Assembly (NCBI GenBank): GCA_963837675.1
Contig: CAWIOH010000023.1
Coordinates: 62,559 to 126,558, forward strand
Length of the DNA stretch: 64,000 nt
From: an uncultured beta proteobacterium
Lineage (GTDB): Bacteria; Pseudomonadota; Gammaproteobacteria; Burkholderiales; Burkholderiaceae_C
Direction: 5' to 3'
Shown here: in pieces, positions 1-16,775 of the stretch
How positions within the stretch are numbered: the first letter of the stretch is position 1
How the letters are laid out: every line of letters begins with the position of its first letter
Position numbers and translations under genes: made by a program
The notes under the pieces: generated by a model
Told to the model about the DNA's origin: nothing
The model's input: the letters and a program-made list of their open reading frames with translations, nothing else
Database searches by the model: none

Positions 1-1659
1 CTGGCGCCGCTGTTCCGCGCCATCTTCCGGCCTCTGCTCGACGATCGGCGCGGCGGCCGCAACCGCCTGCTGCTCGGCATGGGCGTATTGGTGCTGATCG
101 GCCTGTCGGTGCTGCTGCCGGTGCTCGGGCTGGTGCAGCTGAAGATGCTGCCCTTCGACAACAAGTCCGAGTTCCAGGTGGTCGTCGACATGCCTGCCGG
201 CACGCCGGTGGAAAAGACTGCCGCGGTGTTGCGCGAGCTCGGTGCGCATTTGGCCACGCTGCCTGAGGTGATCAACTACCAGGCCTACGCCGGCGCGGCG
301 GCGCCGATCAACTTCAACGGCCTGGTGCGTCAGTACTACCTGCGCAGCGGCGGTGAGGTCGGCGATATCCAGGTCAACCTGGTGGACAAGCACCACCGCA
401 GCGAGCAGAGCCATGCCATCGCCACGCGCGTCAGACCGGCGCTGCAGGCCATCGGCCAGCGCCACGGCGCCAACGTCAAGGTGGTCGAAGTGCCGCCCGG
501 CCCGCCGGTGCTGTCGCCGCTGGTGGCTGAAATCTATGGCCCCGACGCCGCAGGACGGCGCGAGGTGGCCAAGGCAGTGCGCGCGGTGTTTGCAAAGACC
601 GACGGCGTGGTGGACATCGACGACAGCAGCATCGCCGATGCGCCGAAGACGCTGCTGCTGGTGGACCGGCGCAAGGCCGCGATGCTGGGTGTGGCGCAGC
701 AGCAGATCGTCGGCACGTTGCGTGCCGGCCTGGCCGGCGAGGCGGCAGCCTACCTGCACGACCAGAGCAAGTTCCCGGCGGCGGCGACGATCCAGTTGCC
801 GGCCGACCTGCATGGCGATCTGGACGCGCTGCTGCAGTTGACGGTGCGCGGTGCCGACGGCCGCCTGATCGCGATCCGCGAAATGGTGACGGTGAGCGAC
901 ACGCTGCGCGAGCAGCCGGTCCATCACAAGGACCTGCTGCCGGTGAACTTCGTCGTCGCCGACATGGCTGGTGCGGTGGACAGCCCGCTGTACGGCATGT
1001 TCAAGATGCGCAGCGAGGTCGGTGCGATCGCGACGCCGGGCGGCGGCACCTTGGCCGAAGCCTTCATCCGCCAGCCCGACGACCCGTACCGCGGCTACAC
1101 CGTCAAGTGGGACGGCGAATGGCAGATCACCTACGAGACCTTCCGCGACATGGGCGCAGCCTATGCCGTAGGCTTGATCCTGATTTACCTGCTGGTGGTG
1201 GCGCAGTTCGGCAGCTACCTGACGCCGCTGATTATCATGGCACCCATCCCGCTGACCCTCATCGGTGTGATGCCCGGCCATGCGCTGCTGGGTGCGCAAT
1301 ACACGGCCACCAGCATGATCGGCATGATCGCGCTGGCCGGCATCATCGTACGCAATTCGATCCTGCTGGTGGACTTCATCAATCTGCAGGTGCGCGATGG
1401 TGTGCCCTTCAAGGACGCAGTGGTGAATTCGGCCATCACGCGCTCGCAGCCCATCCTGCTGACCGGCCTGGCCGCGATGCTCGGCGCCTTCTTCATCCTC
1501 GACGACCCGATCTTCAACGGGCTGGCGATCTCGCTGATCTTCGGCATCCTGGTATCCACGCTGTTGACGCTGGTGATCATTCCGTTGCTGTATTTCGTGG
1601 CCTATCGCAACCGCATTTCCAAGCTCGTTCCTCAACTCTCTCAAGGAGAAATCGCATGA
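1..1659 (+). CDS. RND efflux permease (AcrB/AcrD/AcrF family), 5'-truncated by the window
   Basis: Open frame from position 1. C-terminal RND half with KMLPFDNKSEFQVVVDMP, TM motifs GIIVRNSILLVDF and RSQPILLT, and several hydrophobic helices. Confidence 0.93.
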   Translation: MAPLFRAIFRPLLDDRRGGRNRLLLGMGVLVLIGLSVLLPVLGLVQLKMLPFDNKSEFQVVVDMPAGTPVEKTAAVLRELGAHLATLPEVINYQAYAGAAAPINFNGLVRQYYLRSGGEVGDIQVNLVDKHHRSEQSHAIATRVRPALQAIGQRHGANVKVVEVPPGPPVLSPLVAEIYGPDAAGRREVAKAVRAVFAKTDGVVDIDDSSIADAPKTLLLVDRRKAAMLGVAQQQIVGTLRAGLAGEAAAYLHDQSKFPAAATIQLPADLHGDLDALLQLTVRGADGRLIAIREMVTVSDTLREQPVHHKDLLPVNFVVADMAGAVDSPLYGMFKMRSEVGAIATPGGGTLAEAFIRQPDDPYRGYTVKWDGEWQITYETFRDMGAAYAVGLILIYLLVVAQFGSYLTPLIIMAPIPLTLIGVMPGHALLGAQYTATSMIGMIALAGIIVRNSILLVDFINLQVRDGVPFKDAVVNSAITRSQPILLTGLAAMLGAFFILDDPIFNGLAISLIFGILVSTLLTLVIIPLLYFVAYRNRISKLVPQLSQGEIA

Positions 1660-1865
1660 CATCCTGGCAACTCGTTCGCATCTTCGCGGGCATCTTCATC
1701 CTGCTGTCGCTGGCGCTGGGCATCCCCGGCAGCCCGGTCTTCGTGAGCCAATGGTGGCTGGCCTTCACCGCCTTCGTCGGCGTCAATCTGCTGCAAAGCG
1801 GGCTGACCCGGTGGTGCCTGCTCGAAACCATCATGCGCAAGCTCGGCGCGCGTGCCAGCGCCTGA
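1656..1865 (+). CDS. DUF2892/YgaP-like small membrane protein (69 aa)
   Basis: ATGA overlap with the RND stop and AAGGAG RBS. Sequence MTSWQLVRIFAG...FVGVNLLQSGLTRWCLLE has two TM helices and the typical Cys. Confidence 0.8.
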   Translation: MTSWQLVRIFAGIFILLSLALGIPGSPVFVSQWWLAFTAFVGVNLLQSGLTRWCLLETIMRKLGARASA

Positions 1866-1876
1866 CGGGTCGAGGC

Positions 1877-4563
<2,687 letters not shown>

Positions 4564-4684
4564 CGCCGGAGCGCAGAACACCGATGAAGCCCGCGCACGG
4601 GCATGGCGACCCGGCGCGCGGCGAGTCGTCGCGCAAGCAGTCAGTCCCCTCAGCCTCGACGCGGCGCCCGGTCCCTGCAGTGAC

Positions 4685-5269
4685 TCAGCCGACCGGGCCC
4701 AAGCCGATCGGTGCGGGCAGCAGGTTGACGATGCGCGAGAACAGGTTGCGGTACTCCCGTTCCGGCTCATGGCCGGTGAGCGGATCACGGTTGGCGCCGA
4801 AGGCCTCGTCGAGCTCGGCCCAGTCCGGCGCCGTCAGCACCCTCTCGGCCAGGGGCAACACCTGCGCTTCTTCGAGCATCATGTGCTCGAGGTAGAAATC
4901 GACGTACTGCTGCGCCGCGCGCTCGAAGGCCTCACGCCGCGACTCACCCAGCATCTCGAAGGCTAGCAGGCTGTGCTCCAGATCGCGTATCGCCCGCTCG
5001 CCATCGGCATGGTCATGGTCCAGGCGATCGAGCAGCGCCGCGGCCTCGCCGCTGCGCGCGCGCAACTTCGGAAACAGCCCTTGCGATTCCTTCAGATGGT
5101 GGCGCTTCTCGGGAAACTCGTCCACGTAGAACAACATCGCGCGAAGGGCGCCGAAGTCCGGCAGCGTGCCTTGGCGGCGATGCTGTTGCAGCAGCAACAG
5201 GATCGACCGCAGCATCGCCGACAGCGCGGCATGCTCTTCGTGAATGATGCGCAATGCGGCGTGGCTCAT
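4685..5269 (-). CDS. Hemerythrin (HHE cation-binding) domain protein
   Basis: His/Glu ligand pattern EEH...RHHLKES...DH...EHMMLEE. Confidence 0.85.
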   Translation of the reverse strand: MSHAALRIIHEEHAALSAMLRSILLLLQQHRRQGTLPDFGALRAMLFYVDEFPEKRHHLKESQGLFPKLRARSGEAAALLDRLDHDHADGERAIRDLEHSLLAFEMLGESRREAFERAAQQYVDFYLEHMMLEEAQVLPLAERVLTAPDWAELDEAFGANRDPLTGHEPEREYRNLFSRIVNLLPAPIGLGPVG

Positions 5270-5331
5270 GCGTTCCTCTCGCCTTTCCCGATCGGCCTGG
5301 CGTAGGCTCGCACCGCATGTCCCTTGCCGCC

Positions 5332-5345
5332 TTGTTCCAAGTCAA
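5332..5345. promoter_or_regulatory. FNR/Dnr-like box upstream of the hemerythrin gene
   Basis: TTGTT-ccaa-GTCAA versus consensus TTGAT-N4-ATCAA (2 mismatches), about 65-75 bp upstream of the ATG. Confidence 0.5.
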
Positions 5346-5374
5346 GGCATGGCGGCGCCGCGGTCAGCGACCGC

Positions 5375-6061
5375 TCATTCGGCCTTGCCGGTGCCGGTCT
5401 TTCGGGCGTGCCCCAGGAACACCAGCGCACTCTCGAAGGCCGAGGCGGCAAATGCCAACGCCGCGGCGAAATCCTTGTCCGACAGCGCGCGCGCCGCCGT
5501 GTTGCTGCGATAGATGTTGGCAAATTCGCGCTCGCGGCCGGCCTGCACGATCAGCTTGGCCACGCCCAGCGCTTCGAGCGAATTCCAGACCCTGGGGTTG
5601 AAGGAGCGCGTCAGCTGCAGCACAAAGGTCACCGGATCGTTGCGGCCCAGGATCGTGGCCATGCGCAGGATGAGCTCGAAGGGCAGGCCGACCTTGCCGC
5701 TTTCCACCAGCCGCATGAAAGTAGGGTCTTTCAGATCCAGGGCCTGGCCCAGGTCGTCGAGCGTCAACCCGGCGGCCTCGCGCGCATCGCGCAGCAGCGC
5801 CGAGGCCTTGGCCACCGCCGCCTTCGGCCCGGGTCGCGTGACCGATGCGGCGGCCAGGGCCAGCGACATGTCGGCCGCAGTGCCCACGCCGCCGAGCAGG
5901 CTGCCGGTCCAGGTGTGCAACTGTCGCGCCAGCGTGCGCACGGCGGCGCCGCCGGCTTGCTGCAGCGTCGGCAGGTCTGGCACCGTGGCGACAGGCTGGA
6001 CGCGCTTGGTTTGACGTGGGGCGCGCTTGGCGGGCGTGGTCTTCTTGACGGCTCGGGGCAT
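5375..6061 (-). CDS. XRE-family HTH domain protein with a basic N-terminal extension
   Basis: HTH segment LLRDAREAAGLTLDDLGQALDLKDPTFMRLVESGKV; AGGAGAG RBS before ATG at 6061. Confidence 0.75.
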   Translation of the reverse strand: MPRAVKKTTPAKRAPRQTKRVQPVATVPDLPTLQQAGGAAVRTLARQLHTWTGSLLGGVGTAADMSLALAAASVTRPGPKAAVAKASALLRDAREAAGLTLDDLGQALDLKDPTFMRLVESGKVGLPFELILRMATILGRNDPVTFVLQLTRSFNPRVWNSLEALGVAKLIVQAGREREFANIYRSNTAARALSDKDFAAALAFAASAFESALVFLGHARKTGTGKAE

Positions 6062-6167
6062 CGCAGCTCTCCTGGTGGCGGGGACGGGACACACCGATGC
6101 AAGCATAGCGGCAGGCCCGAGGTGTCAATGTCGGCGCCCGACACCCCGGGGCCAACCTCGATGCGCG

Positions 6168-6195
6168 CTTGAAAAGCGTGCCGCGGGTGCAATAT
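6168..6195 (+). promoter_or_regulatory. Possible sigma32-type promoter for clpSA
   Basis: CTTGAAA-N13-TGCAATAT upstream of clpS; the -10 match is weak. Confidence 0.35.
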
Positions 6196-6260
6196 GCCCA
6201 TGGATCGCAGGGCCGCCGCCGCCCCGCCACCGCTCAGGCCCCATCTCGATAGAATGAAAC

Positions 6261-6613
6261 ATGCCCGAGGAAAAGCCCAATCCGCCTGCACCTGCCCCGG
6301 CGGTGCCGCGTCCCGACAGCGGACAAGGCGCGGTCGTGGCCGAACGCAAGGCCGCGCGGACCAAGCCGCCGCGCATGTACCAGGTGCTGATGCTGAACGA
6401 CGACTACACACCCATGGAATTCGTCGTGATGGTTTTGCAACAGTACTTCCAGCGTGATCTGGAAACCGCCACACTCATCATGTTGAAGATTCATCATGAG
6501 GGCAAGGCAGTTTGCGGCGTCTATCCCAAGGACGTCGCCGCAACGAAGGTGGAGTTGGTGGTGGCCGCGGCCAGGAAGGTCGGGCACCCTTTGCAGTGCA
6601 CTATGGAGGCCGC

Positions 6614-6617
<4 letters not shown>
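6261..6617 (+). CDS. clpS: Clp protease adaptor ClpS
   Basis: [17 protein letters not shown] and [12 protein letters not shown] motifs; overlaps the clpA start. Confidence 0.97.
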
Positions 6618-8917
<2,300 letters not shown>

Positions 8918-8926
8918 TTGCCGCTT

Positions 8927-9712
8927 TCAGCCGGACTTGGCCGCCGGGTCTTGCTTGAAGTAGTCGGCCAGCAACCCGTACCAGGCCGGCAGCTCGGCCG
9001 CCAGACCTTGCGGCACGACGAAAAACGACTCGGACGAGACCGCGAAAAACTCCTCCGGACTCTCGGCGCCGTAGGGGTCGAGAACCGAGGCGCGGCCGGC
9101 ATCGATGCGCCTGCAGAAGCGGGCGTGGCTGGCCTTCAGCACCATCTGCCAATGCTGGCGCGCCGCGGCCGTCGGTAGCGGCGGCATGCCGTCGGTGACA
9201 CCGTCGCTCATGTCGAGCACATGGGCAAACTCGTGCACCACCACGTTGTAGCCCCAGACCGCACTTTCACCGGCTTCGCGCACGTCGCGCCACGACAGCA
9301 TCACCGGCCCGCCTTCCATGGCCTCGCCGGACAGGACATCATCGTATTCGTGGACCAGGCCTGCCTCGTCCATCACCTCGCGCCGCACCCTCACCTCGTC
9401 GGGCTGGACGACGATGCCAACGAACCCGTCATAGGCCTGAAGGCCCAGGCGCAACACCGGCAGGCAGGCTTGTGCGGCGATGGCCACTGCCATGTCGTCG
9501 CTGACCTGCAGGCCGTGGGCCCCGCTGAACTCCTTGCGGTCGAGGAACAGGCTGGCCTGGCGCCGCAGTTCGGTCAGGTCGTCGGCATTGCGTCGCGCCA
9601 GGAAGGGATAGCGCTGCAGCGTCAGCGACCAGAGGGCTTGCGGAATCGCGCGCCGTGCCAGCGCGCGTTGTTCACGGCGCTGGCGCAGCCGGTCCCACCA
9701 GCGCAGCGTCAC
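8927..9712 (-). CDS. mtfA: M90-family zinc metallopeptidase (MtfA-like)
   Basis: NVVVHEFAHVLDM and DPYGAESPEEFFAVSSE motifs. Confidence 0.88.
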   Translation of the reverse strand: MTLRWWDRLRQRREQRALARRAIPQALWSLTLQRYPFLARRNADDLTELRRQASLFLDRKEFSGAHGLQVSDDMAVAIAAQACLPVLRLGLQAYDGFVGIVVQPDEVRVRREVMDEAGLVHEYDDVLSGEAMEGGPVMLSWRDVREAGESAVWGYNVVVHEFAHVLDMSDGVTDGMPPLPTAAARQHWQMVLKASHARFCRRIDAGRASVLDPYGAESPEEFFAVSSESFFVVPQGLAAELPAWYGLLADYFKQDPAAKSG

Positions 9713-10511
9713 AGTGGCTGCAAGGCGTCGGACAAAGCCAGCCGCGTGAGTCCGTCGCGGCGCAGGCGCAGCACTTCGGCGCGCGGCGTGTCGCCATCGA
9801 GGTCCCAGTCGCTGAGCACCAGCCTGTCGAAACCCGGTGCCAGCGCCGAGTCACCCGGTCGATGGGTGTGGCCATGCAGCAATCGCGTTGCGCCGGCGGC
9901 GCGCAGGCAAGTCACGGCCTCGTCGGCGTCGATGTCCGCCCAACCGCCGGGGGAGGGGGCTTTTGCCGGCTGGCTTCGCTGGCGTGGCGGATGCCGGCGC
10001 CCATCTTCACGCGCTCGGCCAGGGGCCGCGCCAGGAAGTCGCGCTGTGTGGCCGGGTTGCGCGTCCAGGCGCGGAACTGCTGATAGGGCAGGTCGGCCAG
10101 GCATAGCGCATCGCCATGGCTCAGCAGCAGTTCGTGCTGCCAGGCCCGCAACAGGGTCGGGTCGTTCAGGAACTGCACGCCGATGCCTTGCAGCAGTTGC
10201 GATGTGAGCAGGAAGTCGCGGTTGCCGACCATCAGCGCCACGGCGCACCGACCTGCGCTATCGGCCAGTACATCGATACATTGCCGCTCGAAGTCGAGCT
10301 GCACCGCGTCCGAACCCGGCCAGAACTCGAACAGGTCGCCGAGGATCAACACCGCGTCGGCCGGCGTGCCGCGCATGTGGGCGGCCCAGCCCTCGAAGGT
10401 GCGAGGCAACGCGGCGCCGAGGTGCAGATCGGAAATGAAGTCGATCGCCGCCCACGACGCCGGTGCCGACCAGACGCTAGCCGGTGGCAGCGCGCTGGCG
10501 ACGGCGCTCAT
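9709..10511 (-). CDS. lpxH: UDP-2,3-diacylglucosamine hydrolase (one apparent frameshift near 9960)
   Basis: FISDLHL, LGDLFEFW, GNRDFL and SHGDALC in one frame; LLHGHTHRP and VLSDWD in the next frame; next to ppiB. Confidence 0.9.
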
Positions 10512-10528
10512 CGTTCAGGCCAGGCGAA

Positions 10529-11032
10529 TCAGCTGACCTCGACCGCGCGCACGATGGTCACCGCCTCGACGGGCACATCGCTGTGTCCGCCGCGGTTGCC
10601 GGTGCGCACCTTTTCGATCGCGTCCACCACCTCAGTGCCCTGCACGACGCGGCCGAAGACGGCGTAACCCCACCCCTGCGCCGATTCGGCCGTGAAGTCG
10701 AGGAAGGCGTTGTCCGCCGCATTGATGAAGAACTGCGACGTGGCACTGTGGGGCGCCGAGGTGCGCGCCATGGCCAGCGTGTAGCGCTTGTTCTTCAGGC
10801 CGTTGTTGGCTTCGTTCTGGATGGCTGCGGCGGTGGGCTTCTGGCTCATCTGCGCATCGAAGCCGCCGCCCTGCAGCATGAAGCCCTTGATGACGCGGTG
10901 GAACACCGTGCCGTCGTAGTGCCCCTTGCGCACATAGTCCAGGAAGTTCTGAGTGCAAAGCGGCGCGTTCTCGTCATCGAGTTCGATGCGCATCGTGCCG
11001 GCGCTGGTTTCCATCTCCACGGTCTTGGTCAC
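10529..11032 (-). CDS. ppiB: Cyclophilin-type PPIase (cytoplasmic)
   Basis: FHRVIKGFMLQGGG and AMARTSAPHSATSQFFIN motifs. Confidence 0.93.
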   Translation of the reverse strand: MTKTVEMETSAGTMRIELDDENAPLCTQNFLDYVRKGHYDGTVFHRVIKGFMLQGGGFDAQMSQKPTAAAIQNEANNGLKNKRYTLAMARTSAPHSATSQFFINAADNAFLDFTAESAQGWGYAVFGRVVQGTEVVDAIEKVRTGNRGGHSDVPVEAVTIVRAVEVS

Positions 11033-11033
11033 T

Positions 11034-11636
11034 TCATTCTCCTAAGCTGGCCTTGCGAATGATCACCGGCGTGGCCGGCACGTTCTGGTGCGGACCCTTG
11101 CTGCCTGTGGGCACGGCAGCGATCTTGTCCACCACGTCCATGCCGGACACCACCTTGCCGAACACCGCATAGCCGTTGCCGTCGGGTGAACTGGCGGCAT
11201 CGAGGAAGGCGTTGTCCTTCAGGTTGATGAAGAACTGTGCGGTGGCCGAACTGGGATTGCTGGTGCGCGCCATGGCGACGCTGCCACGCGCATTGTTCAG
11301 ACCGTTCTTGCTTTCCAGCGCGATCGGTGCGCGGGTCGGCTTCTCGCTCATCTCGGCGGTCATTCCGCCGCCCTGAATCATGAAATTCGGGATGACGCGG
11401 TGAAACACCGTGCCGTCGTAGTGGCCCGCTTTGACGTACTCGACGAAGTTGGCCACCGTCTTCGGCGCCTTGGCGGCATCGAGTTCAACGACGATCTCGC
11501 CCAGACTGGTGTCCAGACGCACCTTCTGCGCCCAGGCGGGAAGGGCAGCGCACAGCGCCAGGCCCAAGGCGCAGGCAGCGCCTGGCATGGTCTTGCAGAT
11601 TCGAGTCAGGGTCATGGTCATCAGCTGGCTTTGCAC
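11034..11636 (-). CDS. ppiA: Cyclophilin-type PPIase (periplasmic); start uncertain
   Basis: Signal peptide, [14 protein letters not shown] and ATAQFFIN motifs. Confidence 0.9.
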   Translation of the reverse strand: MQSQLMTMTLTRICKTMPGAACALGLALCAALPAWAQKVRLDTSLGEIVVELDAAKAPKTVANFVEYVKAGHYDGTVFHRVIPNFMIQGGGMTAEMSEKPTRAPIALESKNGLNNARGSVAMARTSNPSSATAQFFINLKDNAFLDAASSPDGNGYAVFGKVVSGMDVVDKIAAVPTGSKGPHQNVPATPVIIRKASLGE

Positions 11637-11657
11637 ATCGATTGAAAGGGGCGCAGT

Positions 11658-12197
11658 CTAGCGCTGGCGGCGCGCCGGGTTCTCGGTCACCGACTTCGGC
11701 ACGACGGCGTCGACTTTCTTCAGCTTGCGCAGCAACTTGGCATCTTCACCCTTGCTTTGCACTTCGGCCGCCTCCCAGGCCTGCACGGCCAGCGCCATAT
11801 AGACATCGCCCAGGTTCTCGCGCGCGCGCAGGTGGTGCGGATCGTTGCGCAGCGCGCTTTGCAGTGCCGTCAACGCGTCCTGCAATTGGCCCGACGATGC
11901 ATACAGCACCGCCAGGTTGTTGTACGGATCGGCCAGCTCGGGAAAGTCCTGGGTCAATGACACATAGACCTCGATCGCCTCGGGCTTGCGCCCCAGGTCG
12001 GTGAGCATCACGCCCTTGAGAAAGCGGATCTGCGCCGCGCGAGGCTGCGCGGCGATGGCGGCATCGGCACGCTGCAACGCCTGCTCGACCTTGCCATCGT
12101 GGTACAGCGCCTCGATGTCTTTCAACTCGTCGGCGCGAGCGACGCCAGAGCAAGCCAAGACCAGCACCAGCGCGGTGCACAGCGAGCGGACCGACAT
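11658..12197 (-). CDS. Secreted TPR-repeat protein
   Basis: Signal peptide MSVRSLCTALVLVLACSGVARA; TPR pattern FPELADPYNNLAVLYA...ARENLGDVY. Confidence 0.85.
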   Translation of the reverse strand: MSVRSLCTALVLVLACSGVARADELKDIEALYHDGKVEQALQRADAAIAAQPRAAQIRFLKGVMLTDLGRKPEAIEVYVSLTQDFPELADPYNNLAVLYASSGQLQDALTALQSALRNDPHHLRARENLGDVYMALAVQAWEAAEVQSKGEDAKLLRKLKKVDAVVPKSVTENPARRQR

Positions 12198-12365
12198 CGT
12201 CAGAGGGGTGGCAATAGCGCGGGGCGAGGACAAGAAGCCAGCGACGCGACGCAGGTTGGCGCAAGGCCCGCCGCTATACTGATTCGATTGTAGCCATGCG
12301 CTCTCGTCGCCCCAGCGCGCACGTGCCAGCGGCACCGTTGGCTCACCCCCCCGCCCCATGCCGCC

Positions 12366-13750
12366 ATGTCCTTGCGCCTGCACAACACGTTGACCCGCCA
12401 CACGGCAACCTTTACGCCGATCACCCCCGGCGAGGTGCGCATGTATGTCTGCGGCATGACGATCTACGACCTGTGTCACATGGGTCACGCGCGCATGATG
12501 ATGGCCTTCGACGTCATCTATCGCTGGCTGCTGGAGCTGGGCTACAAGGTGATCTATGTGCGCAACATCACCGACATCGAGGACAAGATCATCCGGCGCG
12601 CCATCGAGCGTGGCATCTCGATCCGCGCGCTGACCGATCAGATGATCGAGGCCATGCGCCGCGACATCGGTGCGCTCGGCATCCTGCCGCCGACGCATGA
12701 GCCCCGTGCCACCGAATACGTCGGGCAGATGCTCGATCTGATCGGCGCGCTCGAAGACAAGGGCCTGGCCTATCGCGCCGACAACGGCGACGTCAACTTC
12801 GCGGTGCGCAGGTTTCCGGGCTACGGCAAGTTGTCGGGCAAGTCGATCGACGAGTTGCGCGCGGGCGAGCGCGTCGCCGTGCTCGACGGCAAGCTCGACC
12901 CGCTCGACTTCGTGCTGTGGAAGTCGGCCAAGGCCGACGAGCCGCGCCGATGCCCAATGGCCGAGCGGCTACGGCCCCGGGCGGCCGGGCTGGCACATCG
13001 AATGCTCGGCGATGAGTTGCGCGCTGCTGGGCGAGCATTTCGACATCCACGGCGGCGGCATGGACCTGCAGTTCCCGCACCATGAAAACGAGATCGCGCA
13101 GAGCGAAGGCGCCAGCGGCGAGCCCTTCGTCAACTGTCTGGCTGCACAACGGCTTCCTCAACGTCGACAACGAGAAGATGTCCAAGTCACTGGGCAACTT
13201 CTTCACCATTCGCGACGTGCTGGCAGCGTTACGACGGCGAGACGCTGCGCTTTTTCATGCTGCGCACGCACTACCGCAGCCCCTTCAATTTCAGCGACGC
13301 GCAACCTCGACGACGCGCGTGCCGCTTTGAGCCGGCTGTACACCGCGCTCGACGGCATCGATGTGCCGCGAGCAGCCGCTCGACTGGACGCTGCCGCAGG
13401 CCGCCGCGTTTCGCGCGGCAATGGACGACGACTTCAACACGCCGCTGGCGCGCTGGCCGTGCTGTTCGATCTGGCCAGCGAGCTGAACCGCTCCCGCGCG
13501 CCGCACACTGCCGCGCTGCTCAAAGGCCTGGGCGAGGTGCTGGGCGTGTTGCAGCAGGCGCCGCGCGCGTTCCTGCAAGGCGGCGCCGACGCTGGACGAC
13601 GCCAGCATCGCAACGGCAGATCGACGCGCGCGCCGCCGCCAAGCAGGCGCGGGACTTCGCCGCCGCCGACCGCATCCGCGACGAGCCTGGCCGAGCACGG
13701 CGTGATGCTGAAGGATTCGGCCGCACGGCACGACCTGGGTCAAGGCATGA
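12366..13750 (+). CDS. cysS: Cysteinyl-tRNA synthetase (multiple apparent frameshifts)
   Basis: [34 protein letters not shown] and KMSKS motifs spread over different frames. Confidence 0.95.
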
Positions 13751-13778
13751 CGCGGCCTGGTCCGGCGCATTGACCGCC

Positions 13779-14437
13779 ATGTCCAAGAGCGCTGCGAACG
13801 GCGTGACGCCGGACTACTGGGACGACGCCTGCAAGCATCTGGCGCGGCGCGACCGCGTCATGAAGAAGCTGATCCCGCGTTTCGGCGAGGCGCGTCTGCA
13901 AAGCCGTGGCGACGCGTTCACCACGCTGGCGCGATCGATCGTCGGCCAGCAGATCTCGGTCAAGGCCGCGCAATCGGTGTGGGACCGCCTGCTGACGCTG
14001 CTGGGCTCGCCGTCGAGCAGGCTGGCCCCTGCCGCGGTGCAGGCGCATGGCCGCCTGGCGCATTGCGCGAGGCCGGCCTGTCGCTGCGCAAGGCCGAATA
14101 CCTGCTCGATCTGGCGCAGCATTTCGGCAACGGCACGGTGCACGTGCGAGCAATGGCAGCCAGATGGACGACGAGGCCATCATCGACGAACTGGTGGCCA
14201 TCCGCGGCATCGGCCGCTGGACGGCCGAGATGTTCCTGATCTTCCACCTGATGCGGCCCGAACGTGCTGCCGCTGGACGACCTGGGCCTGCTCAAGGGCA
14301 TCAGCCTGAACTACTTCAGTGGCGAGCCGGTGTCGCGCGCCGAGGCACGCGAAGTCGGCGACGCCTGGGCGCCGTTCCGCTCGGTGGCCACCTGGTACAT
14401 CTGGCGCAGCCTGGATCCGCTGCCGGTAGACTACTGA
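13779..14437 (+). CDS. DNA-3-methyladenine glycosylase II family protein (apparent frameshifts)
   Basis: [18 protein letters not shown] and [15 protein letters not shown] HhH motif; ends [11 protein letters not shown]. Confidence 0.88.
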
Positions 14438-14442
14438 TCGCC

Positions 14443-15420
<978 letters not shown>

Positions 15421-15424
15421 AGCC

Positions 15425-16775
15425 GTGGCGCGCGGGCGCCTGCCGACGGCCGGGCCCAAGCGCGCATCGCCGTGGCCGTCAGCGGCGGGCGCGATTCCAC
15501 CGCGCTGCTGGCACTGCGACGGCACGCCTGGCGGCCGAGCAGCGGCCAGCTTCAGGTGCGTGCGCTGCATGTGCACCATGGCCTGATGCCCGAGGCCGAC
15601 GACTGGCTGCGGCACTTGCGACGCGCAGGCCGGCGCTGGGCCGCCGGCGGCCTGCCCGTCGAGCTGCAGCGGCGCCGATTGAGCGGCGCGCCGGCGCGCG
15701 GCGACAGCGTCGAAGCCTGGGCGCGCACGCGGGCGCTACGCCGCACTGGCCGCGATGGCGCAGCGAGCACGGCTGCGACCTGGTGCTGCTGGCCCACCAC
15801 CGCCGCGACCAGGCCGAGACGTTCCTGCTGCAGGCCCTGCGCGGTGCCGGCCCGGCCGGGCTGGCGGCGATGCCGCGCGCAGGCCGAGCGCGACAGGCAT
15901 CACCTGGGCGCGGCCCTGGCTGGCGCAGCCGCGCGAGGCGATCGAGGCCTATGTCCGGCGCCACCGGCTTGCGCTACGTCGACGACCCCAGCAACGACGA
16001 CACCGCGCTTCGCGCGCAACCGCCTGCGGCACGCGGTGTGGCCGGCGCTGATCGACGGCTTTCCCGATGCCGGACGACCGCGCTCGGCGCCGGCGCCGCG
16101 CGCGCCCAGGAAGCAGCCGGCTGCCTGCGACGAGATGGCAGCCATGGACCTGCAGGCGCTGCCGCGCCGAAGCAGGGCATTGCTGCTGAGCCGCGTGGCT
16201 GGCGCTGTCCGCAGCCCGGCGTGCCAACCTGCTGCGCGCACTGGCTGCGGCCTGGTCCGATGCGCGGCGTGCCCGACAGCCTGGTCGGCCGGCTGCTTGC
16301 GGAACTGCCCGCATGCCGCGAGCCGCGCGCTGGCCATCGCCGGCGGCGAGTTGCGGCTGCACCGACGGCCGCGCTCGGCGATGCCGGACGGCTCGACGGC
16401 GCGACCCGACGCGCCGGCGGCGTCACGTGCCGATCGACCTGCAGCCGGCCCGGCCGCGTCGAGCTGCCGGCCTGGCAGGGGACGTTCGAAATGGTCGCCG
16501 CGTCGGCGCAGGGCGGCCTGTCGCCCGAGCGCCTGGCTTGCATGCGAACTGCGCGCACGCAGCGGCGGCGAGCGCTTCCAGGCGGCACCGCGAGGCTCGC
16601 CGCGCGGCTTGAAGAAGCAGTTCCAGGCGCCGGCGTGCCGGCCTGGGCGCGCGCGGGCCCGCTGCTCTATGCGCAGCGGCCAGCTGCTGTATCGTGCCCG
16701 GGCTGGGCATCGATGCGCGGCGCTCGCTGCGCCGGGCCGCCCAGCTGGGCTTGCGCTGGTTGCCTTGCGGCCTGA
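15425..16775 (+). CDS. tilS: tRNA(Ile)-lysidine synthetase (heavily frameshifted; ends approximate)
   Basis: [10 protein letters not shown]-loop, [24 protein letters not shown] and RNRLRH motifs; accA-tilS-lysC synteny. Confidence 0.88.

Noticed and set aside
9945-9965. Phase variation of lpxH at the G/T tracts
   Set aside because: The tracts are short, one extra base in the T4 run restores the frame, and lpxH is normally essential. A homopolymer miscall is more likely.
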